Assembly (NCBI GenBank): GCA_030390025.1
Contig: JASTWF010000036.1
Location: 62,001-126,000, forward strand
Direction: 5' to 3'
Length of the DNA: 64,000 nt
Source of the DNA: Squalus acanthias
Lineage: Eukaryota
Part shown: in pieces, positions 25,966-36,224 of the stretch
How the letters are laid out: every line of letters begins with the position of its first letter
Numbering within the stretch: position 1 is the stretch's first letter
The notes under the pieces: model-generated
The model's database searches: none
The model's input: only the letters and a program-made list of their open reading frames with translations
Told to the model about the DNA's origin: nothing
Program-made: the position numbers and the translations under genes

Positions 25966-26136
25966 GGAAGACAAGCAAGGCTTTGGAATGAACAGCAGAA
26001 CATTGCAGGTAGTCGGAGGCATGACTGGTCACTCCGACCACAGTTTACACATCCTCTTCCGAGATGCTGCAATCAGTCCCCAGGGCCGAATGTTAACTCA
26101 CCACATCCCCACTTTCCCCTCGGCTCAGAGGGCCAA

Positions 26137-26778
26137 CCGTGCCTCGGCGTGTAGTGCGCTCTCTCACTCCTCTTGCGTCGAATCTGAGTCAGGAGGTCGT
26201 GGGTTCGAGCCCCGAATCCAAAGACTCCAGCCCCATAATCCAGGCCGTCACTCCCCGGTGCCAGTACTGAGGGAGCGCCGCACTGTCGGAGGGGCGGTAC
26301 TGAGGGAGCGCCGCACTGTCGGAGGGGCAGTACTGAGGGAGCGCCGCACTGTCGGAGGGGCGGTACTGAGGGAGCGCCGCACTGTCGGAGGGGCAGTACT
26401 GAGGGAGCGCCGCACTGTCGGAGGGGCAGTACTGAGGGAGCGCCGCACTGTCGGAGGGGCAGTACTGAGGGAGCGCCGCACTGTCGGAGGTGCCGTCTTT
26501 CGGATGAGACGTTAAACCGAGGCCCCGTCTGCTCTCTCAGGTGGACGTAAAAGATCCCACTGCCACTAGTTCGAAGAAGAACAGGGGAGTTATACCAATG
26601 TCCTGGAGCCAATATGTATCCCTCACTAAAAACAGATGATCTGGTCATTTATCACATTGCTGATTGTGGGAGCTTGCTGTGCGCAAATTGGCTGCCGCTT
26701 TTTCTACATTACAACAGTGACCACACTTCAAAAAAAGTACTTCATTGGCTGTGAAGTGCTTTGGGACGTCCTGAGGTG
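26137..26778 (+). mobile_element. Near-complete Deu SINE with only about 7 units of the 33-bp array
   Basis: B box ggttcgagccc at about 26202, array 26262-26490, core and most of the tail. Confidence 0.88.
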
Positions 26779-26779
26779 A

Positions 26780-28255
26780 TGTGTGTGTTTTGTGTGAGAG
26801 AGTGTGTGAGTGAGTGAGTGTGTGTGTGAGTGTGTGTGAGTGAGAGTGTGTGTGAGTGAGTGAGTGTGTGTGTGAGTGTGTGTGTGTCTGAGGGTGTGTG
26901 TGTGTGAGTGTGTGTGTGTCTGAGTGTGTGGGTGAGAGTGTGTGTGAGGGTGTGTGTGTGTGTCTGAGGGTGTGTGTGTGTGAGTGAGTGAGTGTGTGTG
27001 TGGGTGAGAGTGTGTGTGAGGGTGTGTGTGTGTCTGAGTGTGTGTGTGTGAGAGAGAGTGTGTGAGAGTGTGAGAGTGTGTGTGTGTGTGTGCGAGTGTG
27101 TGTGAGCATGAGTGTGAGTGTGAGAGTGTGTGTGAGCGTGAGTGTGAGTGTGTGAGTGACAGTGTGAGTGTGCGAATGTGTATTTGAGTGTGTGTGTCTG
27201 AGTGTGAGTGAGAGTGTGTGAGTGTGTGAGTGAGTGAGAGTGTGTGAGTGTGTGTGTGTGAGTGTGTGTGTGTGAGAGTGTGTGTGAGAGTGTGTGTGAG
27301 TGTGTGTGAGTGTGAGTGAGAGTGTGTGAGTGTGTGTGTGAGTGTGTGTGTGTGAGTGTGTGTGTGAGAGTGTGTGTGAGAGTGTATGTGTCTGTGTGTG
27401 AGAGTGTGTGTGAGAGTGTGTGTGAGTGTGTGAGTGAGTGTGTGTGAGAGAGTGTGTGTGTGTGTGAGTGTGTGTGTGAGAGTGTGAGTGAGTGTGTGTG
27501 TGAGAGTGTGAGTGAGAGTGTGAGTGAGTGTGTGAGTGAGAGTGTGAGTGAGTGTGTGTGTGAGAGTGTGTGTGAGAGTGTGAGTGAGTGTGTGTGTGAG
27601 AGTGTGAGTGAGAGTGAGTGAGTGTGTGTGTGAGAGTGTGAGTGAGAGTGTGAGTGAGTGTGTGTGTGAGAGTGTGTGTGTGTGAGTGAGTGTGTGTGTG
27701 AGAGTGTGTGTGTGTGAGTGAGAGTGTGAGTGAGTGTGTGTGTGAGAGTGTGAGTGAGAGTGTGAGTGAGTGTGTGTGTGAGAGTGTGAGTGTGTGTGTG
27801 AGTGTGTGTGTGTGTGTNNNNNNNNNNNNNNNNNNNNNNNNNNNNNNNNNNNNNNNNNNNNNNNNNNNNNNNNNNNNNNNNNNNNNNNNNNNNNNNNNNN
27901 NNNNNNNNNNNNNNNNNNNNNNNNNNNNNNNNNNNNNNNNNNNNNNNNNNNNNNNNNNNNNNNNNNNNNNNNNNNNNNNNNNNNNNNNNNNNNNNNNNNN
28001 NNNNNNNNNNNNNNNNNNNNNNNNNNNNNNNNNNNNNNNNNNNNNNNNNNNNNNNNNNNNNNNNNNNNNNNNNNNNNNNNNNNNNNNNNNNNNNNNNNNN
28101 NNNAGTGTGTGTGAGAGAGTGTGTGTGAGAGTGTGAGTGTGTGTGAGTGTGAGTGTGTGTCAGAGTGAGTGTGTGTCAGAGTGTGTGTGAGAGTGTGAGT
28201 GTGTGTGAGAGTGTGTGTGAGTGTGTGAGAGAGTGTGTGAGTGTGTGAGTGTGTG
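26780..28255. repeat. (TG)n/(GA) microsatellite containing an assembly gap (27818-28103)
   Basis: Direct reading. Confidence 0.95.
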
Positions 28256-28552
28256 TATAATTCTGGAGCCCTGTTTGGCACTGGTGTCAGGTAATTAAAT
28301 AACACGTTTGTTTAATGAGAACCCGCCTCTCACTTCCCGTGTTCTTGCGATATATATAGAGCGAGGTAACCACAGGTCTAGATTTCACAATCAACATCTA
28401 AACTAATCTCATCGACACGGCAACCAGTGAGAAGCCGCAGGGACGGATGAGCCTGTTTCTCAAACCTAATGCAGCTAAAGGAACTAACATTTCCTGTCCC
28501 AGGGTTCACTCCAGCTCACACTGACCAACATCTCACACAGCAATCGCAGCCA

Positions 28553-29253
28553 CTCTGTCCCATCAAACACTCCCAGGGCAGGTACAGCACGGGTTAGATA
28601 CAGAGTAAAGCTCCCTCTACACTGTCCCATCAAACACTCCCAGGGCAGGTACAGCACGGGTTAGATACAGAGTAAAGCTCCCTCTACACTGTCCCATCAA
28701 ACACTCCCAGGGCAGGTACAGCACGGGGTTAGATACAGAGTAAAGCTCCCTCTACACTGTCCCATCAAACACTCCCAGGACAGGTACAGCACGGGGTTAG
28801 ATACAGAGTAAAGCTCCCTCTACACTGTCCCATCAAACACTCTCAGGACAGGTACAGCATGGGGTTAAATACAGAGTAAAGCTCTCTCTACACTGTCCCA
28901 TCAAACACTCCCAGGGCAGGTACAGCACGGGGTTAGATACAGAGTAAAGTTCCCTCTACACTGACCCATCAAACACTCCCAGGACAGGTACAGCACGGGG
29001 TTAGATACAGAGTAAAGCTCCCTCTACACTGTCCCCATCAAACACTCCCAGGGCAGGTACAGCACGGGGTTAGATACAGAGTAAAGCTACCTCTACACTG
29101 TCCCATCAAACACTCACAGGGCAGGTACAGCACGGGTTAGATACAGAGTAAAGCTCCCTCTACACTGTCCCATCAAACACTCCCAGGGCAGGTACAGCAC
29201 GGGGTTAGATACAGAGTAAAGCTCCCTCTACACTGTCCCATTAAACACTCCCC
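28553..29253. repeat. 67-68-bp minisatellite, about 10 units
   Basis: Unit actgtcccatcaaacactcccagggcaggtacagcacgggttagatacagagtaaagctccctctac. Confidence 0.93.
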
Positions 29254-29466
29254 CGTATGTAGCCTCAACTCTGACCCTCCTCATTGGCTGTGCTAGCTCA
29301 CACATTCACCCTCCCCCTCCGCTATTGCCTCATTTCCAGTTAAAGTTTTAATTTAGATCGCGCTGTCCGTGTTTCGAAATAGTTCCGAGATGCAAACACT
29401 GCTGTTCTTCCCTTTCCATCTTTCTCCATTCCATTTTTTCTCTCGCTCTCACCCTCTGTAACTGAT

Positions 29467-29972
29467 GGCAGCTTGACTCAGTTCGCATCGCTCTTCCATC
29501 TCAGTCAGAGGTTCGTGGGTTCGAGCCCCATAATCAAGGCCGGCACTCCCCGGCGCCAGTACTGAGGGAGCATCGCACTGTCGGAGGGGCAGTACTGAGG
29601 GAGCGCCGCACTGTCGGAGGGGCGGTACTGAGGGAGCGCCGCACTGTCGGAGGGGCAGTACTGAGGGAGCGCCGCACTGTCGCAGGGGCAGTACTGAGGG
29701 AGCGCCGCACTGTCGGAGGGTCAGTACTGAGGGAGCGCCGCACTGTCGGAGGGGCAGTACTGAGGGAGCGCCGCACTGTCGGAGGGTCAGTACTGAGGGA
29801 GCGCCGCACTGTGGGAGGGGCAGTACTGAGGGAGCACCGCACTGTCGGAGGGGCGGTACTGAGGGAGCGCCGCACTGTCGGAGGGGCGGTACTGAGGGAG
29901 CGGCGCACTGTCGGAGGGGCGGTACTGAGGGAGCGCCGCACTGTTGGAGGGGCGGTACTGAGGGAGCGCTGC
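29467..29972 (+). mobile_element. SINE head plus about 12 units of the 33-bp array, core lost
   Basis: B box gggttcgagcccc, then the array. Confidence 0.8.
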
Positions 29973-30524
29973 TCAACCTTCTGAGCCAGGGCTGATGGAT
30001 TTGCTATGGATTAGGAAGCAAGGCAAGAGGGCGAGTGGACCAGGCACTGAGCTGCAAAGTTCAGCACCATAAATGTGGGTCTTCGCGCCCTCTTTGTGCA
30101 GCTCTCTCAGGTGTTGCATGAGTTTGCAGAGTTTTAGCTATGGCCCATGGGTGTTGGGCAATATTCATTTCCTGTGGTTGTGCGCGGTGTGGAACCAGGA
30201 GAGCCGAGCTTTCAGTCAGCGACACTCTGGCCGCACGATTACTCGCATTAGTGATTCCTTCCGCTCCCCGCCCCGCACTCTCTCAGCCGCGGGTGACCTT
30301 TGAGTCTCTCGACTCGGGGGGTTTCCAAAGCCCCCGCGGATTTCCGCTTAGGGTGGCGTCCAGCACTCACCATCGGCCCCCGCGCCAGCACTCCGCAGGG
30401 ACCTGCCCTGCGCCATTTCTCATGGCGAGCACGCACTGCCAGTCGCCTTCTCTCTCTCTCTCAGCCTCTCCCCCCCATCACTTCCGTCTCATGACCGATC
30501 GATTGGCCAGTTGTGTAGAGAGGC

Positions 30525-31410
30525 CCCAGAATCTCACAGCGCAGGAGGAGGCCATTCGGCCCATCGTGCCTGTGCCGGCACTTTGAACGAGCTCTCCAAT
30601 TAGTCCCGCTCTCCCCCCCCCTGCTCTTTCCCCCGTAGCCCTGTGAATTTTTCCCCTTCAAGTATTTATCCAATTCCCCTTTTGAAAGTTACTATTGAAT
30701 CTGCTCCCACCGCCCTTTCAGGCAGCGCGTTCCAGATCACAACAACTCGCTGCGTAAAAAAACATTCTCCTCATCTCCCCCTCTGGTTCTTTTGCCGATT
30801 ATCTTCAATCTGTGTCCTCTGGTTACCGACCCTCCTGCCACTGGAAACAGTTTCTCCCTCCCTACTCCATCAAAACCCGTCATAGTTTTGAACACTTCTA
30901 TTAAATCTGCCTTCTCTGCTCTAAGGAGAACAATCCCAGCTTCTCCAGTCTCTCCACGTAACTGAAGTCCCTCATCCCTGGTACCATTCTGGTCAATCTC
31001 CCCCTTAACCTTCTCTGCTCTAAGGAGAACAACCCCAGCTTCTCCAGTCTCTCCGCATAACTGAAGTCCCTCATCCCCTGGTACCATTCTGGTCAATCTC
31101 GCCCTTAACCTTCTCTGCTCGAAGGAGAACAACCCCAGCTTCTCCAGTCTCTCCACATCACTGAAGTCCCTCATCCCTTGGTACCGTTCTGGTCAATCTC
31201 CCCCTTAACCTTCTCTGCTCTAAGGAGAACAACCCCAGCTTCTCCAGTCTCTCCACATAACTGAAGTCCCTCATCCCTGGTACTATTCTGGTCAATCTCC
31301 TCCGCACCCTCTCCAAGGCCTTGACATCCTTCCTAAAGTGCGGTGCCCAGAATTGGAACACAGTGCTCCAGCTGAGACCTAACCAGAGATTTATAAAGAT
31401 TTAGCGTACC
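30525..31410 (-). mobile_element. CR1 3' end with about 4 tandem copies of a 100-bp ORF2 segment
   Basis: ggtcaatctc recurs at 30991, 31091, 31191 and 31290. Confidence 0.88.
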
Positions 31411-31419
31411 TTCCTGATT

Positions 31420-32015
31420 TGGGAGATGGGGGCCAAATGTAATATATCCAAGTTTGCCGATGATACAAAGCTGGGTGGGAATGTAAGTTGTGAGGAGGAT
31501 GCGAAGAGGCTTCAAGGGGATATAGACAGGCTAAGTGAGTGGGCAAGAACATGGCAAATGGAATATAATGTGGAGAAATGTGAAGTTATTCACTTTGGTA
31601 GGAAAAAAAGAAAAGCAGAGTTTTTTTTAAATGGTGAGAGATTGGGAAATGTTGGTGTTCAGAGGGACCTGGGTGTCCTTATACACGAATCACTGAAAGT
31701 TTACCTGCAGGTACAGCAAGCAATTAGGAAAGCACATGGTATGTGGGTCTTTATTACAAGAGGATTTGAGTATAAGAGTAAAGACGTCTTACTGCAATTA
31801 TATAGGGCCCTGGTGAGACCACATCTGGAGTATTGTGTACAGTTTTGGTCTCCTTACCTAAGGAAGGATATACTTGCCATAGAGGGAGTGCAACGAAGGT
31901 TCACCAGACTGGTTCCTGGGATGGGGGGATTGTCCTATGAGGAGAGATTGATAGACTAGGCCTATATTCTCTAGAGTTTAGAAGAATGAGAGGTGATCTC
32001 ATTGAAACATACAAA
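31420..32015 (+). mobile_element. CR1 RT fragment
   Basis: ISKFADDTKLGG, LYRALVRPHLEYCVQFWSP. Confidence 0.9.
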
Positions 32016-32530
32016 TGGCTAGTATATTACCCCCAATCCCATGAGCCCTAATTTTGTTTAATAACCTCTTGTGTGGCACCTTATCAAATGCCCTCTGAAA
32101 ATCCAAATACACCACATCCACTGGTTCCCCCTTATCTATTCTTCTGGGTACAACCTCAAAAAACTCTAACAGATTCGTCAAACACGATTTCCCTTTCATA
32201 AATCCGTGCTGACCCTGCCCAATCCTATTAATATTTTCTAAGTGCCCTGTTACCAAGTCCTTAATAATAGATTCTAGCATTTTCCCTACTACTGATGTCA
32301 GGCTAATTGGTCTGTAGTTCCCCATTTTCTCTCTCCCTCCTTTCTTAAATAGCGGGGTTACATTTGCTACCTTCCAATCCGCGGGAACCGTTCCTAGAAT
32401 CTATGGAATTTTGGAAAATGACAACCAATGCATCCACTATCTCTGTAGCCACCTCTTTCAAAACCCGAGGATGTAGGCCATCAGGCCCAGGGGATTTATC
32501 GCCCTTCAGTCCCATTAAATTCTCCAGTAC
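32016..32530 (-). mobile_element. CR1 RT fragment
   Basis: GNYRPISLTS, QHGFMKGKSCLTNL, YLDFQRAFDKVPH. Confidence 0.9.
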
Positions 32531-32667
32531 CGTACCTGAAGGAGAAAAAATTGCAGGGATATGGGGAAAGAGCGGGGAACAAGCAAGGGAGTGGGACTGA
32601 CTGGGTCTCTCTTGGAAACAGCCAGCGCAGATTCGATGGACTGAACGGCCTCCTTCTGTGCTGCACT

Positions 32668-33562
32668 ATTCTTCTTCTTCGGCAGTCCCTCGGAACCGAG
32701 GATGACTTGCTTCCACACTAAAAATGAGTTCTCAGGTGACTGAGTCCAATGTGGGACCGACAGTCTCTTGTCCCCGGTGGGGCAGACGGTGGTTGAAGGG
32801 GCGGGAGGGGTGGGGTGCTTGGGTTGATGTGCGCTGCTTGAACTTGGCTTCCGCTTGCTCCCGGCGAAGAGACTCGAGGTGTTCGGCGCCTTCCCGGATG
32901 CTTCTCCTCCACTTTGTGCGGTCCTGGGCCAGGGATTCCCAGGTGTCGGTGGGGGATGTTGCACTTTTTCCAAGGAGGCTTTGAGGGTGTCCTTGAAGCG
33001 TTTCCTCTGCCCACCTGGGGCTCTCTTGCCATGTCGGAGCTCCGAGTAGAGCGCTTGCTTTGGGAGTCTCGTATCGGGCATGCGGACGATGTGACCCGTC
33101 CATCGGAGCTGATCAAGCGTGGTCAAAGCTTCGATGCTGGGCATGTTGGCCTGAACGAGATCACTGATGTTGGTGCGCCTATCCTGCCAATGGATTGGCA
33201 GGATCTTGCGGAGGCAGTGTTGGTGGTACCTCTCCAGTGCTTTGAGGTGCCTGCTGTAAATGGTCCATGTCTCTGAAGCATACAGGAGGGCGGGTATCAC
33301 TACTGCTCTGTAGACCATGAGCTTGGCGCCGGGTTTGAGGTCCTGGTCTTCAAACACTCTCTTCCTCAGGCGACCGAAGGCTGCACTGGCACACTGAAGG
33401 CGGTGTTGGACTTCGTCATCGACGTCTGCCCTTGTTGACAGTAGGCTCCCGAGGTATGGAAAGTGGTCCACGTTGTCCAAGGCCTTGTCGTGGATTTTGA
33501 TAATCAGGGAGCAGTACTGTGTGGCGGGGGCAGGTTGGTAGAGGACCTTTGTTTTACGGATG
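32668..33562 (-). mobile_element. RTE-clade LINE 3' fragment with (GAA)n tail
   Basis: HFPYLGS, ASAAFGRL, LLYASETWT, QLRWTGHIVRMPDTRLPKQALY; tail ttcttcttcttc on the + strand. Confidence 0.88.
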
Positions 33563-33605
33563 TTTAGTCTTCTACGATACTCATCATCTTCCCTCTCACT
33601 TGCAG

Positions 33606-33832
33606 CTGTTGTGAGGATTCCCACGGTTGACCAGTCCAGCCAGACCGTACCCATGGACCTCCGGATTGGCCAGAGATACGCAAAGCCAGGGTCGGAGTCC
33701 ATGACCCAGGAACAGGGACACCACCTCTTTACTCTCAAGCAGACGCAAGCCCACCAGCAGCAGATACTAATCAGCCACTTACAGAAATGCCAGGAACAGT
33801 TCAACAGTGGTCAGTTCGGCACCCACATCAAG
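33606..33832 (+). CDS. HDAC7: HDAC7-like exon with CtBP-binding PMDLR motif and Gln-rich segment (AVVRIPTVDQSSQTVPMDLRIGQR...QFGTHIK)
   Basis: ttgcag acceptor, gtaggc donor, 227 nt, phase 1/0. PMDLRIGQR matches HDAC7 PMDLRVGQR, and the exon ends in HIK as the HDAC4 exon does. Confidence 0.9.
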
Positions 33833-34533
33833 GTAGGCAGCCGGCAGTCTAACTACGGTCCCACACTCGCCACATCTGGGGAGGCCTCTGTCTCTCACAC
33901 GCCTGTATCTGAGGAGGTCCCTCTAACCCCTCTCTCTCACACACTCCTGTATCTGGGGAGGTCCCTCTAACCCCTCTCTCACACACTCCTGTATCTGGGT
34001 AGGTCCCTCTAACCCCTCTCTCTCACACACTCCTGTATCTGGGGAGGTCCCTCTAACCCCTCTCTCTCACACACTCCTGTATCTGGGGAGGTCCCTCTAA
34101 CCCCTCTGTCTCTCACACGCCTGTATCTGGGGAGGTCCCTCTAACCCCTCTCTCTCACACTCCTGTATCTGAGGAGGTCCCTCTAACCCCTCTCTCTCAC
34201 ACACTCCTGTATCTGGGGAGGTCCCTCTAACCCCTCTCTCTCACACACTCCTGTATCTGGGGAGGTCCCTCTAACCCCTCTCTCTCACACACTCCTGTAT
34301 CTGGGGAGGTCCCTCTAACCCCTCTCTCTCACACTCCTGTATCTGGGGAGGTCCCTCTAACCCCTCTCTCACACACTCCTGTATCTGGGGAGGTCGCTCT
34401 AACCCCTCTCTCACACACTCCTGTATCTGAGGAGGTCCCTCTAACCCCTCTCTCTCACACACTCCTGTATCTGGGGAGGTCCCTCTAACCCCTCTCTCTC
34501 ACACACTCCTGTATCTGAGGAGGTCCCTCTAAC

Positions 34534-36224
34534 GCGATAGCAAAATACTGCGGATGCTGGAAATCTGAAATAACAACAGAAAACGCTGGAAAAACTCAGC
34601 AGGCCAGGCAGCATCCGTGGAGAGAGAAAGAGAGTTAACGTTTCAGGTCGATGACCTTTCATCAGAACTGGGAAGAGCTGGAAATCAAATAGATTTAAGG
34701 CCAGGGTAAAGCTGGGAAAAGGGGGAGGGGATAAAGGAACAAAGGGGAGATGAAGAGACATTAAGAGATATGCAAGGCTAGAGGTGGTGTTAATGTGACA
34801 GATTAAGGCTGAAAGAAGTGTGAAATCCACTGGCAGAATGAAGGACAGCTGCCAGCTTCTAGGAGGGAAAAAAAAAGGTGGGGGGGGGGCAAATAAAAGG
34901 GTGGAAAAAATAAAATATAAATGTGATTGGAGCTGAGGTTATGATCTAAAATTGTTGAACTCGATATTGAGTCCAGAGGGCTGTAGCGTGCCTAAACGAA
35001 AGATGAGGTGCTGTTCCTCGAGCTTACGCTGCGCTTCCGTGGAACAGTGTAATAGGCCGAGGACGGTGAGGTCAGAGTGGGAGTGAAGCGGTGAATTAAA
35101 GTGACAGGACACCGGGAGCTCGGGGTCCCCCTTACGGACTGAACGGAGGTGTTCCGCAAAGCGGTCACCCAATCTGCGTTTGGTCTCCCCAATGTAGAGG
35201 AGACCACATCGTGAGCAGCGAATACAGTATACTAAATTGCAGGAAGTACAAGTAAATCGCTGTTTCACCTGGAAGGGGTGTTTGGGGCCCTGGACAGTGG
35301 GAAGAGGGGAGGTGTAAGGGCATGTGTTGCATCTCCTGCGCGTGCACGGGAAGGTGCCGGGCGAAGGGGAAGGGGTGCTGGGGGTGGTAGAGGAGTGGAC
35401 TAGGGTGTCGCGGAGGGAGCGGTCCCTGCGGAATGCTGAAAGGGGAGGTGAGGGGAAGATGTGTTTGGTGGTGGGATCACGCTGGAGGTGGCGGAAATGG
35501 CGGAGGATGATCCGTTGAATGTGGAGGCTGGTGGGGTGAAAGGTGAGGACAAGGGGAACCCTATCGTGGTTCTGGGAGGGAGGGGCAGGGGTGAGGGCAG
35601 AAGTGCGGGAGATAGAACGGACACGGTCGAGGGCCGTGTCGACCACGGTAGAGGGGAATCCTCGGTTGAGGAAAAAGGAAGACATGTCGGAAGCACTGGT
35701 ATGGAAGGTGGCATCATCAGAGCAGATGCGGCGGAGATGGAGAAACTGGGAGAATGGAATAGAGTCCTTACAGGAGGCGGGGTGGGAGGAAGTGTAGTCC
35801 AGGTAGCTGTGGGAGTCAGTGGGCTTGTAGTGAATGTTAGTCAATAACCTATCCCCAGAGATGGAGATGGAGAAGTCGAGGAAGGGAAGGGAAGAGTCGG
35901 AGATGGACCATGTGAAGGTGAGGGAAGGGTGGAAATTGGAAGCATAGTGAATGAAATGTTCTAGTTCAGGGCGAGAGCAGGAGACGGCACCGATACAGTC
36001 ATCAATGTACCGGAAAAAGAGGTGAGGGAGGGGACCCGAGTAGGACTGGAACAAAGAGTGTTCCACATATCCCACGAAAAGGCAGGCATAGCTAGGACCC
36101 ATGCGGGTACCCATAGCAACACCTTTAATTTGGAGGAAATGGGTAGAGTCAAAGGAGAAGTTGTTCAATGTGAGAACAAGTTCAGCCAGGCGGAGGAGGG
36201 TGGTGGTGGATGGGGACTGGTTGG
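34534..36224 (-). mobile_element. 5'-truncated Penelope-like retroelement (RT + Cys linker + GIY-YIG, Neptune-like), reading frame open to the stop at 34939
   Basis: GVAMGTRMGPSYA, FFRYIDD, FPCTRRRCNTC, NLVYCIRC..LLYIGET..RFAEH. Confidence 0.93.
34633..34669 (-). ncRNA. Minimal type I hammerhead ribozyme motif in the Penelope 3' region
   Basis: Minus strand AGUU-CUGAUGA-A-AGGUC(auc)GACCU-GAAA-CGUU/AACU: intact core, 5-bp stem II, 4-bp stem I, palindromic stem III. Confidence 0.75.

Noticed and set aside
32515..33804. 429-aa minus-strand ORF as a gene
   Set aside because: It is an RTE LINE fragment fused by chance to the antisense of the HDAC exon.
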